64,000 nt of DNA from Octopus bimaculoides (Eukaryota), in contig NC_068981.1 in the NCBI RefSeq assembly GCF_001194135.2, positions 173,522,036-173,586,035 of the forward strand, written 5' to 3'. The position numbers and the translations under genes were made by a program. How positions within the stretch are numbered: the stretch's first letter is position 1; the number at the start of each line of letters is the position of its first letter. Positions 63,537 through 64,000 of this stretch are shown here, piece by piece. The notes below the pieces were generated by a model that was given only the letters and a program-made list of their open reading frames with translations, had not been told where the DNA came from and did no database searches.

Positions 63537-64000
63537 ATATCATCATCATCATCATCATTTCTTGTCCATTTTCCATTCTGGCATGGGTTGGGCAGTTTGA
63601 TTGGATCTGATAGGACTAAGGTGGAGGGGCACACCAGGTTCCATTGTCTGTTCTGGCATGGTTTCTATGGTTGGATATCCTTCCTAATGCCAACCACTTT
63701 ACAGCGTACTGGGTGCTTTTTATGTGGTACCAGCACCAGTGCATTTAATGTGACACCAGTATGAGTGCATTTTATGTGGCACCAGCACTGGTATCAATTT
63801 TGCTGTGGACAAGTCTTCTTGAGTACAGCAAGCTGCTAGATATCTCGGTCCTTTGTCATCTCTTTCATAAGACTCAATGTCTTGAGGTCGGCCTTCAGTA
63901 CTTTGTTGCATGTCTTCCTGGGTCACTCTCTTTCACAATTTCCATCCACTTGAAGTGATCAGCACTTCTGGATGCAGCTGCATCACATGACCATATACCT
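63537..64000 (-). mobile_element. Older RTE LINE 3' end: ORF C-terminus contiguous with 3' UTR and (GAT)n tail; continues past the window
   Basis: Minus strand YGHVM...KC*SLQVDGNCERE*PRKTCNKVLKADLKTLSLMKEMTKDRDI*QLAVLKKT, then UTR modules, no gap. Confidence 0.8.

Overview
Eukaryotic, AT-rich, repeat-dense draft-assembly DNA with nine long N gaps, most abutting microsatellites, plus several 10-14 N joins. The SINE families, RTE LINE tails and microsatellite load look like an octopus (coleoid cephalopod) genome. That is recognition from memory, not a database result. I find no intact protein-coding gene, tRNA, rRNA or CRISPR array. Nearly all ORFs in the supplied track are artefacts of gaps, microsatellites or transposon remnants. 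Supported content: at least four SINE families, many 5'-truncated RTE LINE 3' ends, decayed Jockey/CR1-group and RLE-type LINE fragments, one near-full-length dead mariner, two internally deleted Tc1/maT-like elements, mariner and piggyBac-like MITEs, and a probable solo LTR. The strongest unexplained signal is large-scale: a ~9 kb CpG-retaining domain (~44.3-53.5 kb) between two almost CpG-free domains. This suggests an unmethylated promoter/intergenic block between methylated gene bodies whose small exons I can only tentatively locate. Other leads are a pre-miRNA-sized hairpin (28418-28471), a foldback-like inverted structure around an RTE insertion (9.1-10.9 kb), an adjacent inverted SINE pair, a triple-TSD tandem SINE insertion and candidate micro-exons/recursive splice site. 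I cannot claim a new biological system from the sequence alone.
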